64,000 nucleotides of DNA. Source: a virus. Taxonomy: Duplodnaviria; Caudoviricetes. A program made the position numbers and the translations under genes. Under the pieces are notes generated by a model. That model saw nothing but the letters and a program-made list of their open reading frames with translations, made no database searches and had not been told where the DNA came from. Below, piece by piece: positions 38,886 through 48,474 of this stretch. The stretch is taken from positions 1-64,000 of IMG/VR virus record IMGVR_UViG_3300001580_000011. The stretch is one strand, 5' to 3'. Every line of letters starts with the position of its first letter. The first letter of the stretch is position 1.

Positions 38886-39817
38886 ATGAGTGATTTAAAT
38901 ACCTCCAAATATCTTACAGCTTGTTCTTCCGAAGTAAGAACCTGTGGAAGATTTACTCTTGGTTTTTCTTTTGTAATCTGTATCATAGCATTCAACAGAC
39001 CTTCTTGAACCTTTGGTGATATCACATTGTAACTGTCACGGTATGGATAGCAAGGTTCAATACTCTTGTCCTCACCAGGCACAATGATACACCCTTCTGT
39101 CATCTGACACATTTCCGTAGAACCGCCACAGGCATCTGTAGTAATAACAGGTAAACCTGCACCAATAGCCTCTACAACAGAGTTTGGGCAGGAATCTTTC
39201 TTAGAAAGATGGATAGTAAAATCGGCTATACTATGATGGTAGGCGAAATCCTTACGATCAACGTGACCATAATAAAGAATGTTTGGATGTTTTACTGGAA
39301 CGTTATCGTGGAGCTTACCAAAAATATGAAGGGTTGCCTTTGGAAAATGTTTAACATACTCTCTGAACAGGTCAATCGTTTCCTTGAGTCTCTTGTGTCG
39401 CCTCCATTTAGCCGATACGATGATATGTTCTCCGGCAATTTTCTTGTGAGGTCCACACCAATCTTTATCTACACCGTTATAGATAACAAATTTTTTGGCT
39501 GATTTTTTGGAAGGGGCGAGATATTTCTCACACATTTGTTTTGATGAATTACTCTGATAAATGATAGCATCGGCTACGGCGTGACCGTGACTGATACCGG
39601 AATTTCGAGCATTATAATTGGTATCTGCATCATAATAAATTGAATCCAATCTCAAAACAATTGGTAATCCTGCCCCTTTCGTTATATGAACAAAAGCCAA
39701 ATGAATATCACATCCACGATGATCGTAAAATTGAACAGACACACCCATTTTTTTCCAATGAGGCGCCATTCTTTCGGTTACTATATGACCCTCACCATTT
39801 TGTATAAATATTCTCAT
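38882..39817 (-). CDS. GT4-like glycosyltransferase
   Basis: IYQS, IYNGVD, HKR, DSCPNSVVEAIGAGLPVI. Confidence 0.88.
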   Translation of the reverse strand: MRIFIQNGEGHIVTERMAPHWKKMGVSVQFYDHRGCDIHLAFVHITKGAGLPIVLRLDSIYYDADTNYNARNSGISHGHAVADAIIYQSNSSKQMCEKYLAPSKKSAKKFVIYNGVDKDWCGPHKKIAGEHIIVSAKWRRHKRLKETIDLFREYVKHFPKATLHIFGKLHDNVPVKHPNILYYGHVDRKDFAYHHSIADFTIHLSKKDSCPNSVVEAIGAGLPVITTDACGGSTEMCQMTEGCIIVPGEDKSIEPCYPYRDSYNVISPKVQEGLLNAMIQITKEKPRVNLPQVLTSEEQAVRYLEVFKSLI

Positions 39818-40688
39818 CTTTATTTCTTCCTAATAATACACCATTTTCTGAATAACAATATGTTTCCCCGATTCTTGTAAGAAGTCCCTCCTCACGCCTC
39901 TTTTGTGCTCCAATATACATTTGTTTTTTTAATGCCATTACTCTATCTTGATATTTTTTATCCCTGTCCCGCCAGACATTGGAAATACTTGAGCCATGTT
40001 TTCTATAATTATAAAGGTTTTGTGGTAAATAATAAAGATCACCAACTTCTTCCAGTTTCAATATAACATCCTTGTCAACCGCTTTCAGTAAGCGATGATC
40101 AAGCCCAATTGTCATATCGTAAAACCCTCTCTTGAATGTCTTGAGATGGCTTATATTTATATTACTTCCAGTATATCCCCTTTTTTTATAGTCGTAAACA
40201 CCTAAAAGAGATTCATTTTCTGTTAAATTCCTGCTTTTTATAATTATTTTGCCCGGAATTTCACAATAGTTACTATAAGTCATTGATACATTCGGAAGCT
40301 CTTTATGTTTTTTAACACAGATATCAAGAACATCACTATTACTGAACAAATCATCTGAATCAAGAATGGCAATAAGCTCACCTTCACCAGATTCAATTGC
40401 CCATTTCAAAGCCGTTCCGTAACCACTATTAGCATTGGTTTTATACAAAGTACACTTGTCTTTGATATCCCATTTTTTTACTATACCTTTGATTGTTTCG
40501 ATGGTCTTGTCTTTGGAACAATCGTCTATGATATAGATGTGCCAGTTTGTATATGTCTGTGACATAACACTTTCTATGGCATCACGAATAAAATTGCCCG
40601 TATTGTAAGCCGCCATGGCAATATCAAATACAGGTTCATCGGAAATCCAAATTAGCGGTTTACCATCATCACTTGTTCGTAAATGCAT
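39792..40688 (-). CDS. GT2 glycosyltransferase
   Basis: MAAYN, IDDCSKD, LDSDD, YR.H. Confidence 0.9.
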   Translation of the reverse strand: MHLRTSDDGKPLIWISDEPVFDIAMAAYNTGNFIRDAIESVMSQTYTNWHIYIIDDCSKDKTIETIKGIVKKWDIKDKCTLYKTNANSGYGTALKWAIESGEGELIAILDSDDLFSNSDVLDICVKKHKELPNVSMTYSNYCEIPGKIIIKSRNLTENESLLGVYDYKKRGYTGSNINISHLKTFKRGFYDMTIGLDHRLLKAVDKDVILKLEEVGDLYYLPQNLYNYRKHGSSISNVWRDRDKKYQDRVMALKKQMYIGAQKRREEGLLTRIGETYCYSENGVLLGRNKDENIYTKW

Positions 40689-41625
40689 AGGGTGTTACTC
40701 CCGTCTCTTTTGTGTTTTTATCCCACTTTTTTATTTGTTTGACAATATCGACACCAACGTTTTGGCTCCATACCTTCAAGATTTCTTGGGTAATGTTACC
40801 AATCTTTCCCTTACCAATAGGAATACCGTTAATAGATGTTACAGGTAATACACAGAACGGTGTCCCTGTATAGAAGGCTTCATCTGCATTGATTACATCG
40901 TATATCTCTATATTTTTTTCACAGGACGGTTTAAGAGACATAACGTATTGTCTACTAATACCTCTCAAGATGTTTCTTGGTTCCGGTGTCATAAGATATC
41001 CATCTTTTACAATGAAAAAATTTGACCCGGTGCCTTCAGCGACATATCCGTCCGGGTCCAATAGAAGTGCCCAATTATTGTTTCCCTTGTATTGAGAAAC
41101 TTCGATGTTTGCCATCAAATAATGAATACGAGAACGATTTTTTACTTTGGGTTCCAACAGATTTGCAGGAATGGTTCTCTGACTTGGAATAACGGCATTT
41201 ACACCACTATCAAATAACTTACCCATACCCTGAACTGTCCAACGAAGAGGAAAATCAGCAATGATTACATTAGGACCTTTATTATCTGTATCAATTCCTT
41301 GATACAAACCCAACAGGCCCCTTGTAACGTTTATCATTAAGCGATGTTCATCGTCGTCATTAAAAAGGGGTTCATTCGCTTCGATAGTGTCCAAACAAGA
41401 TTGGATAACATCCTTACGCGTATAAGGAATATCAATTCTCAAATATTTTGCTGATTGGAATAACCTATCAATATGTTCTGCAAGTTTAAATTGAATTTTA
41501 TTGAAACTTCGCAGCATTTCGAATACCATTGAGCCGAAGATTAACGCTTCATCGTATATGCTAATCCGGGCTTCTTTTTCCGGTATCAAATTACCATTCC
41601 ACCATACCATTCTACCCACTGACAT
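40669..41625 (-). CDS. Class IV PLP aminotransferase (IlvE-like)
   Basis: W.NG, G..VFE..R, H..RL, K.R, EG.G.N.F, L.GISR, ADEAF.TGT. Confidence 0.9.
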   Translation of the reverse strand: MSVGRMVWWNGNLIPEKEARISIYDEALIFGSMVFEMLRSFNKIQFKLAEHIDRLFQSAKYLRIDIPYTRKDVIQSCLDTIEANEPLFNDDDEHRLMINVTRGLLGLYQGIDTDNKGPNVIIADFPLRWTVQGMGKLFDSGVNAVIPSQRTIPANLLEPKVKNRSRIHYLMANIEVSQYKGNNNWALLLDPDGYVAEGTGSNFFIVKDGYLMTPEPRNILRGISRQYVMSLKPSCEKNIEIYDVINADEAFYTGTPFCVLPVTSINGIPIGKGKIGNITQEILKVWSQNVGVDIVKQIKKWDKNTKETGVTPYAFTNK

Positions 41626-41647
41626 ATTATAACTCCTTTATATCTTT

Positions 41648-41836
41648 TTACTCTTTAGCTAAATAATTTTCCGGTATAAGGAAATTTTTACCTTTTCGAG
41701 GAAAAAAAACCAATATCCAATTATTTCCTTCTTCTATTATACCACGAATACCAACAACCCTTCCACGAAAATTTTTCAAAGGATGTTTATCACTAATTAC
41801 TATTACCTTTTCGTGTACGTTTATTCTATTTTCCAT
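41648..41836 (-). CDS. Small KOW/SH3-like protein
   Basis: V.VIS......G.VVG pattern; coupled. Confidence 0.5.
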   Translation of the reverse strand: MENRINVHEKVIVISDKHPLKNFRGRVVGIRGIIEEGNNWILVFFPRKGKNFLIPENYLAKE

Positions 41837-42243
41837 TAACTATCCTTGTGATCAACCTTATTTTTTTCACCAAGACCATCTACTATTTTAATATTATACT
41901 TATCACAAATTTCCTTTTCAGGAATTTCATTTGAAAATCTATCACCACCTTTAGCAAAAATTAATTGTTCTTTTGATAATACTTGTACAATAGCTTCCAA
42001 CGTTTTACTTACCGATAAATCGTTATCTATTTGTTTTACTGCAATATCGACGAATTTAAGAGATGATACAATCTTTACTCTATCATCTTCATCCATAAAA
42101 ATACGTCCTTTACTTATAGCACAGGACTTATTTGTATTAACTATTACAAGATGCATTTCCCCGAGTTTTTTTGCTAATTCAAGATATTCGATGTGACCAA
42201 CTTGTAAAGGATCGAAGTGCCCCGACGTGATTACGACTGTCAT
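41836..42243 (-). CDS. Cytidylyltransferase (TagD/RfaE-like)
   Basis: SG.FDPL.VGH, KGR.FM....R, FAKGGDR. Confidence 0.85.
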   Translation of the reverse strand: MTVVITSGHFDPLQVGHIEYLELAKKLGEMHLVIVNTNKSCAISKGRIFMDEDDRVKIVSSLKFVDIAVKQIDNDLSVSKTLEAIVQVLSKEQLIFAKGGDRFSNEIPEKEICDKYNIKIVDGLGEKNKVDHKDS

Positions 42244-42465
42244 TGTGCCTCCATAAAAAGTATATTTACATCTCTACTATTTATGGTCATCCATCCTCCG
42301 ATTCTATATCGTCCAATTCCTTATCAAACTTCAAATATTCTAACATTTCCTCCATATCTTTCATCATTTTCATAAACTCTTTTGACTTCCACCTATTGGT
42401 TATACCCATCTTATGGGGTTTACACATAGGGCAGGAATGTCTTTTTTTCTTTAGTCTTTTTCTCA

Positions 42466-43140
42466 TTACTCTACCTTGAACAAATCATCTGATAATTGTT
42501 TATTGACGATTTTTTTCTCTGGTTTTGGAACAGGACATCCTTCTTTTACCCACCTGACAACACATTCATCTTGATAATATAATCTTCTTACGGCTTCTTT
42601 TTGCTCTGATGTTATTTCATTGTATTCATTAAATGATATAAAATCTGGCAGTGTTCTTTCTGCCCGTTCCCATCTCCCATTATATTCATTTATGGCATAT
42701 GTAATCATATTGAATACACCTTCATTCACAATAATACCAATATTCCCGCAGGCCATCATACCCGTATTCATAAAACAAATTTGTAATCTTCTTTCGGTAT
42801 CAAACCAATGTGTTCCACTATCAGAGGATACTATCTGTATACCATTTGATGCCCGGTATCTTACGGGTATTTTTGTGCTAATCATCATAGCCATCATTGT
42901 TTTGACGGGGTTTTGACAATTCTCATCAAAATATAATGGTTCAGAGTAACTCCATTTTGTTGCTTCACATTCACAAATTATTTTTTCTCTCGGGGCTGTA
43001 ACAAGGACAGGTGGTGTAAACTCTGGATTATATGCGTTGAAAATTCTATCATCAATTGCCCTTTCATACTCATTTAACACTTCTTCCCATCCCTCTGGCA
43101 TATTTTCTTTTGACCAATTATACTTTGTATATGTTGACAT
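42466..43140 (-). CDS. Hypothetical protein with C-terminal DDLFKVE tag
   Basis: GGGAG RBS; 224 aa. Confidence 0.6.
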   Translation of the reverse strand: MSTYTKYNWSKENMPEGWEEVLNEYERAIDDRIFNAYNPEFTPPVLVTAPREKIICECEATKWSYSEPLYFDENCQNPVKTMMAMMISTKIPVRYRASNGIQIVSSDSGTHWFDTERRLQICFMNTGMMACGNIGIIVNEGVFNMITYAINEYNGRWERAERTLPDFISFNEYNEITSEQKEAVRRLYYQDECVVRWVKEGCPVPKPEKKIVNKQLSDDLFKVE

Positions 43141-43248
43141 TATCTATACTCCCTTGCAACAATATCCTTATATGGTTTTTCTTTCTATGGATTTTATTCC
43201 AATTTTTCTTTTATAACACTTATTATTTATTTTATTTTTTATAGATGA

Positions 43249-43746
43249 TCATTTATATGTTCGTATCAATAAATCCGATTTCTCCATAATATATTCTGAG
43301 GGCCCATCATATCTATCAATAGAGGTAACAACAATTTCTCGTATACCAGAATTTATAATGGACGATAAACAGTTTTTACAAGGAATAGAACAGGTTATAT
43401 ACATAGTAGTATCTTTAACACATACACCTATCCTTGCTGCATTTAAGATTGCGTTGACTTCAGCGTGTACCGCGATACAGTATTGTAAACCTTCACCTGA
43501 TTTGAAACCCATTACAAAGCGTGGACATTGGCCATTTTTATCCATAGGTAAGTTATAATCTAATGTTTTATCTATCCCCCACCTTTTGTCACAAGTTGGA
43601 ACGCCTCTTGGAATCCCGTTATACCCTGTAGAAATAATCGACTTGTCTTTGACGATGATTGCACCAATCTTTCTTGACATACACTGTGAATTTTCACCTA
43701 TAGTTTTCGCCACTTTCAAAAAATAACTATCCCAACGTTCCATCAC
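43249..43746 (-). CDS. dCMP deaminase
   Basis: TGYNG, HAE.NAI, PC..C. Confidence 0.92.
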   Translation of the reverse strand: MMERWDSYFLKVAKTIGENSQCMSRKIGAIIVKDKSIISTGYNGIPRGVPTCDKRWGIDKTLDYNLPMDKNGQCPRFVMGFKSGEGLQYCIAVHAEVNAILNAARIGVCVKDTTMYITCSIPCKNCLSSIINSGIREIVVTSIDRYDGPSEYIMEKSDLLIRTYK

Positions 43747-43946
43747 TTACCACCTTCTATATCGGATTTTATATCTTTTTCCAGTATATCAATATCTCGA
43801 TTAAGAATATAACTTATTTCACAGATAACATCGTTCATCATTTTATAAAGAAAATATTTTTTCTCTTTATCACTATCCTCTAATAGATTGATGGTATTAT
43901 ATATTGATATTAATTCATTCATTTCTTCTTCTGCATATTTTTTCAT
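43743..43946 (-). CDS. Hypothetical protein
   Basis: GGAGG RBS before ATG 43946. Confidence 0.5.
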   Translation of the reverse strand: MKKYAEEEMNELISIYNTINLLEDSDKEKKYFLYKMMNDVICEISYILNRDIDILEKDIKSDIEGGK

Positions 43947-44046
43947 ACAATCCTCCACGCAAAAATATATCCTATGATACAACCACTTTAAGTATACCAT
44001 AGGATATATTGTTATGAAACTATTGTTTTATCTAACCGAATATTCA

Positions 44047-44847
44047 TCAATCATACCGACTAACAACAGACATCGGTTGTGAGTTATAAAAGACATACTT
44101 GCAAAGTTTATTGACAGTATCCCGATCAGGTGTATGAGGAAGAACGGAATTTTCATACCATTTCTCAAAAAGTTTATCAAATTCCTCAACTCTCTGCATC
44201 AATTCCTCATATGACCATAATCCATTTCTAACCTGTAACAACAAATCTGCATCCGGTCTTGGAAATGTCATATGTCCGGTAAGAAGAAGCTCCTTACCTT
44301 CTGTCATCAACCTGTAAAGGTGCATGGCGTGTTTAGTATCATACCCAAACTTCTGTTCAAGAGCAAACCTTTTGGGATTACGGTTTTCTTTCCATAACAT
44401 CCAAGCCTTCAATTCCTCTGTATCAAAAGGTACTTTACCAAGCAACCATTCCCTATGGTTCTTCAACCTCTTGAGCTGTGCGTGAGCATAACCTGTGAAG
44501 GTATGCTTTGCCTTTGTAGAAAGAAAAGACTTTCTATGAAAAACAACATACTCCCATAAGTCGGAAGTTGCAAGCCACATCTTTTTCGGGACAAATAATA
44601 ATTCTACCATATTTGGATTACTATTTAAACATAATTTGAGAAACTTACGAAATTCATAGTAAACTACGTCATTCATCTTATCTTCAAACTGCTCTGGCCC
44701 GCTTTCAAGGCCAACCCAGTAATCATCGGGAGACATAAAAACCCCTCGTTCATCATAATCCGAATCGGGTGTATTGGTTCCATATAAATGAGAACCAGCA
44801 ACCGTCCTATATAATAGCACAAAATTTTTTGGTAACGTAACAGTCAT
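44047..44847 (-). CDS. Pol-beta-type nucleotidyltransferase (RlaP/Nuc-transf-like)
   Basis: GSHLYG...PDSD.D.RGVF, NPN.VELL, YD.K.AMH.YRL. Confidence 0.85.
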   Translation of the reverse strand: MTVTLPKNFVLLYRTVAGSHLYGTNTPDSDYDERGVFMSPDDYWVGLESGPEQFEDKMNDVVYYEFRKFLKLCLNSNPNMVELLFVPKKMWLATSDLWEYVVFHRKSFLSTKAKHTFTGYAHAQLKRLKNHREWLLGKVPFDTEELKAWMLWKENRNPKRFALEQKFGYDTKHAMHLYRLMTEGKELLLTGHMTFPRPDADLLLQVRNGLWSYEELMQRVEEFDKLFEKWYENSVLPHTPDRDTVNKLCKYVFYNSQPMSVVSRYD

Positions 44848-45044
44848 TGTATCACCAATTCCTTTATCTTGAAAACAATTTGTGTAATTTTTTGTCTTTC
44901 AAACGTAAGTTGATTCAACTTTATAAGAGTTTCTTCGGCCAAAATATAAGACTGGGCATCAAGAAGGTTTGTGAAGGCCCGGTCTATAATCGTCCGCTTT
45001 TCGCCAGCTTTTTTCAATTCCCTGTATACCAGATGTATCGTCAT
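44844..45044 (-). CDS. Hypothetical protein
   Basis: GAAGGGGG RBS; heads minus-strand operon. Confidence 0.55.
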   Translation of the reverse strand: MTIHLVYRELKKAGEKRTIIDRAFTNLLDAQSYILAEETLIKLNQLTFERQKITQIVFKIKELVIQ

Positions 45045-45074
45045 TCATATAAACCCCCTTCATTATTGTAAAGA

Positions 45075-45110
45075 TATTTATATTATACCATATACTTTAT
45101 ATAAGGTAAA
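45075..45110 (-). promoter_or_regulatory. Overlapping early (TTTACC-N17-TATAAT) and late (TATAAATA) promoters
   Basis: Both consensus sequences on minus strand upstream of 45044. Confidence 0.6.
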
Positions 45111-45111
45111 T

Positions 45112-45140
45112 AAAGAAAAACCCAGTGTTTCCACTGGGTT
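45112..45140 (-). terminator. Rho-independent terminator
   Basis: AACCCAGTG-GAAA-CACTGGGTT plus U tract on minus strand. Confidence 0.8.
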
Positions 45141-45165
45141 CTCTTTTCTTCTATTCAGTTTTACC

Positions 45166-45375
45166 TTACTTCTTTGCTCGAATCTCTGCCAAAAGTGCTT
45201 CCAACTTTGCTTTTATATCAGCAGTAAGTTTTCCAGATTGTGCATCAGCGATGAGTTCATTAACCTTTGTTTCGGCATCGAGAAACCATTTCTTATTGTT
45301 TCTCCAAACAAAGAAAAATATCACGCCACTGACAGCTACGCCAGCACCAAAAGCAATAATAACTTGTCCTTCCAT
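45166..45375 (-). CDS. Small single-TM membrane protein
   Basis: N-terminal TM helix, AAGGAGG RBS, own terminator. Confidence 0.7.
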   Translation of the reverse strand: MEGQVIIAFGAGVAVSGVIFFFVWRNNKKWFLDAETKVNELIADAQSGKLTADIKAKLEALLAEIRAKK

Positions 45376-45568
45376 ATAAAACCTCCTTTTTATTAAAACT
45401 TTGAGGAAAATTTCCTCATAAATCTTTATATTATAAAAAAATACAAAATGTTAAATTTTTTTTATAACAATCATACTTTTTGTAAACAATCGAAATAGGA
45501 CAATAACTTTTTTTACCCCCCTATTTTGGAGTTAAAAAAGGTCAGTGTGTTTACACACTTACAACTTC

Positions 45569-45665
45569 TTGACAAACCCCCCTCTCCGTGTTATACTATC
45601 ACCTATATTTATGATAAATAACATAATAAAAAAATATTTACAATCCCATTGAAACGTGTTACAAT
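45569..45665 (+). promoter_or_regulatory. Tandem sigma70-type promoters at strand switch
   Basis: TTGACA-N17-TATACT (45569-45597) and TTTACA-N17-TACAAT (45637-45665). Confidence 0.7.
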
Positions 45666-45707
45666 GGTATAAAATTATATTGTAATATGTAAGGCTAAGG
45701 AACAAGA

Positions 45708-45905
45708 ATGAAAAAACTATGGTGTTTTTTATTTCATCGCTTCCATTGGAAATCGTTTCCTATTGGCGGCCTTGATGGTGGTATGAAAGATAGACAGATG
45801 TTTATCACTATAGGTGATATGGCTGTCTGTGAAAAATGTTATAGGGTATTTTTTAGACCTATAAATGAATTTGGAAAGATGGAAAAAAATGAAAAAGTAT
45901 CTTAA
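45708..45905 (+). CDS. Hypothetical protein
   Basis: AAGGA RBS; C..H / C..C. Confidence 0.55.
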   Translation: MKKLWCFLFHRFHWKSFPIGGLDGGMKDRQMFITIGDMAVCEKCYRVFFRPINEFGKMEKNEKVS

Positions 45906-46080
45906 ACCGTGGGAAATACAGACCATTGTAATAGGGATTATATCGGGTCTACTCGCTCTTCTTTGTAATTATTATCGACTACCTATGGTGTTTTGGGGGA
46001 TAGGAATTTTTTCCGGTATCATTATTGGTTACTTACCAACAGAAAAGGAAATGAAAGATGAGCAACGTGAAGAAAATTGA
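45889..46080 (+). CDS. Small 2-TM membrane protein
   Basis: Two hydrophobic segments. Confidence 0.55.
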   Translation: MKKYLKPWEIQTIVIGIISGLLALLCNYYRLPMVFWGIGIFSGIIIGYLPTEKEMKDEQREEN

Positions 46081-46330
46081 TGAATGGCTGAAAGAAAAAG
46101 GTATTACGCTTGAGGATGCTGTTCAACTTGGTATCGCTCCTATATTACTTGAATGTAAGAAACGGGAAGCTGAACTGGAAGTTATTGAAAAACAGAATGA
46201 GGTTCTGATTACTGAATTGGATAATGTTCTCAACAAGATTAAAAGAGAATTAAAAGAAATGGATGATAATGCCCAAAGGCTCAAGGCCTTGGTTGAGTTT
46301 CAAGTAAAAGGGAGAACGTTTGACGCATGA
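46058..46330 (+). CDS. Coiled-coil hypothetical protein
   Basis: Heptad pattern; overlap coupling. Confidence 0.6.
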   Translation: MSNVKKIDEWLKEKGITLEDAVQLGIAPILLECKKREAELEVIEKQNEVLITELDNVLNKIKRELKEMDDNAQRLKALVEFQVKGRTFDA

Positions 46331-46497
46331 TTATTTGTCCGAAATGTAGAGGCCGTGTGGAGATCGTCGATACGGAAAAAGTGGATGCTCCTACTGGTAA
46401 GGGAAAAATGTTTATTCCCATCTATCAATGTCTTAAGTGTAAAAAATCTTTTACAGACAGTGATGCAAAGAAAACACCTATGGAACAAGATATATAA
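46327..46497 (+). CDS. Zinc-ribbon protein (56 aa)
   Basis: CPKC...CLKC; ATGA coupling. Confidence 0.55.
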   Translation: MIICPKCRGRVEIVDTEKVDAPTGKGKMFIPIYQCLKCKKSFTDSDAKKTPMEQDI

Positions 46498-46557
46498 TCA
46501 TAAATAATAATATGAAAAAAATAAAATCATATTTTATATATTTGTAAGAGATAACTA

Positions 46558-46878
46558 ATGTTTGACGATATTATAGGAAACCAAAATAAACCCTGCCGTT
46601 GCACACCATATATCAATATCAAGGTCACAAAAGGCGAGGTTGCTGAAACAAACACATTGGGATATATCCTTATCATATACGTTGACCCAGCAAATGGTAA
46701 AATGTATTACCTTAAGTACATTACTAAAGAGAAATTCAATAGTGGTGATGAAGTTGAAATAGTTTTCGAAGATTTGAATAAAGGACCTCATATAACACAA
46801 ATTTGTGAACGATGGACAATAGACAATAAAACACAAGATGATATATGTGTTGAAGAAGTAAGAAAGGTGAAAAAATGA
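46558..46878 (+). CDS. Hypothetical protein, MFDDII tag; paralogue of 48127-48474
   Basis: YVD..NGK.Y..KY, D.VEIVF shared. Confidence 0.65.
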   Translation: MFDDIIGNQNKPCRCTPYINIKVTKGEVAETNTLGYILIIYVDPANGKMYYLKYITKEKFNSGDEVEIVFEDLNKGPHITQICERWTIDNKTQDDICVEEVRKVKK

Positions 46879-47066
46879 AAAAGATGGAACCAAAAGAAGA
46901 CACGTTTATTTCATTACAATTGATTGAAGAAGGTTCGGGAGAATATATCACGACATTGAACCTGACATTCGATCAGACGATTAACCTTTTGCAATTCGCT
47001 ATCGTTAGAGGACTAAAAGATCAAATCAAATTTATAGAAGAAAACAAGGAAAAAAAAGATGTTTGA
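46875..47066 (+). CDS. Hypothetical protein
   Basis: AAGGTGA RBS. Confidence 0.55.
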   Translation: MKKMEPKEDTFISLQLIEEGSGEYITTLNLTFDQTINLLQFAIVRGLKDQIKFIEENKEKKDV

Positions 47067-47295
47067 CGACCTTATTATTCCCAAAAAAGCGATGAAGGTA
47101 ACGCAGCGGAAAAAAAAAGATGGAATTGATCTTTCCGGCGCCACTTCTCCAATCGTTCAAAACACAGCATCACCTTGTCAAAAATGTAATTCAACAGACC
47201 TAATAATATTAATGCACCATCTAAACCCATATACAGGACGTAAAGAGTTTTTTGTTGAATGTAAAATGTGTGGACATCAGTATTGGTCGCTATAA
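47059..47295 (+). CDS. Zinc-ribbon protein with MFDDLI tag
   Basis: CQKC...CKMC. Confidence 0.6.
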   Translation: MFDDLIIPKKAMKVTQRKKKDGIDLSGATSPIVQNTASPCQKCNSTDLIILMHHLNPYTGRKEFFVECKMCGHQYWSL

Positions 47296-47323
47296 AGACT
47301 AATATAATTGCAATTTTCGTTTA

Positions 47324-47352
47324 TTTACATCTTACTAATAATTTGATATAAT
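47324..47352 (+). promoter_or_regulatory. Early-type promoter
   Basis: TTTACA-N17-TATAAT. Confidence 0.7.
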
Positions 47353-47396
47353 AATCATTAATGTATGGTTTTTTAAAATGTGAAAGGATTATTAAT

Positions 47397-47660
47397 ATGA
47401 AAACTGTTGAAATTAAAAAATATGTTGAAGCTATTAATGAGCTTCATACTGAATTTGTAAAGTCCACCAACCTCATTGAAAAACATAGATTTGCTGTAGC
47501 ACTTAGCATTATGGCAGATCAACTTATGTTAGCCCTATCACCAATCATAAACGCTAAAATAATAAAACCGGGAATTATTGTAGAAGATTATTTACCAAAT
47601 GATCGTCCACCTACACCTCAAAAGACAGCGAAAATATATCAATTCAAGGAAAAAGAGTGA
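47397..47660 (+). CDS. Hypothetical protein
   Basis: AAGGA RBS before ATG 47397. Confidence 0.55.
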   Translation: MKTVEIKKYVEAINELHTEFVKSTNLIEKHRFAVALSIMADQLMLALSPIINAKIIKPGIIVEDYLPNDRPPTPQKTAKIYQFKEKE

Positions 47661-47661
47661 T

Positions 47662-47829
47662 ATGTACTGGTTTGTACTTTTTCTTATAGGTATGTGCACA
47701 TTTTCTACAGCAGTATTCCTTACTGTAATGTTCTCATGGCTACCATCGTGGTTTCCATATCTTACGATAACCGTAATACCCGGAACGTTCATTGTAGATC
47801 ATCTTGTTAAAAGGAAAAGAAATGTGTAG
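47662..47829 (+). CDS. Small 2-TM membrane protein
   Basis: Hydrophobic segments. Confidence 0.5.
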   Translation: MYWFVLFLIGMCTFSTAVFLTVMFSWLPSWFPYLTITVIPGTFIVDHLVKRKRNV

Positions 47830-47847
47830 ATCAATGTTCGATCTCGA

Positions 47848-48123
47848 TTGCAAGAAAAAAAGAAATGGTGTACTATAAACAATACATATGATATGTTTCC
47901 AGTAGGAACAAGGGTTCACGTTGTTACGGCCTGTCAGGATTTCAATTTCTTTTATGATGAAACTGGTTTTGTAACCAAGAACACAGGTGAATATCTCGGT
48001 ATCACCGTAACGTTTGATGAAAAAAGGGAATTTACCAACGGGGATGTCCAAACTAGTTTTGGATTTAATCCCGATGATTTATTTCCATTAGACATACCAA
48101 ATAAACTATTTGAAGTGGAGTAA
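47848..48123 (+). CDS. SH3/KOW-like protein with C-terminal KLFEVE tag
   Basis: FPVGTRV..., start uncertain. Confidence 0.55.
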   Translation: MQEKKKWCTINNTYDMFPVGTRVHVVTACQDFNFFYDETGFVTKNTGEYLGITVTFDEKREFTNGDVQTSFGFNPDDLFPLDIPNKLFEVE

Positions 48124-48126
48124 AAA

Positions 48127-48474
48127 ATGTTTGAAGATATTCTTGGACCAAATAAATCGAATATGACCGATACCTCTGCCAGACATGGATGCGGCCGTCC
48201 TAGGCTAACGTGTAATGGTAAGTGTAATGGAATAGATGTTGATGGCCAACATATTTATTTCAATTATGTAGATATAAGCAACGGTAAAACATATAATATC
48301 AAATACCGTTGGCCGGATGCTATTATGAAAAAAATGTTCGTAAAAGACGACCCGGTTGAAATAGTGTTTTATGATGGTAAATTCAAAAATGTTTCAATAC
48401 AAAAGTGCCGTCGGCTGGATATTCGTAGTAAAAAATGGGATTTCATTGATATACAGGATATTATAAAACGATGA
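48127..48474 (+). CDS. Hypothetical protein, MFEDIL tag; paralogue of 46558-46878
   Basis: Shared motifs; GGAG RBS. Confidence 0.65.
   Translation: MFEDILGPNKSNMTDTSARHGCGRPRLTCNGKCNGIDVDGQHIYFNYVDISNGKTYNIKYRWPDAIMKKMFVKDDPVEIVFYDGKFKNVSIQKCRRLDIRSKKWDFIDIQDIIKR

Noticed and set aside
39803-39810. Late promoter TATAAATA
   Set aside because: Inside coding sequence on the antisense strand; expected by chance in AT-rich DNA
496-45396. Many antisense/overlapping ORFs in the supplied track (e.g. 27839-28393, 44971-45396, 24659-25009)
   Set aside because: They are shadows of well-supported genes, with no RBS or motifs
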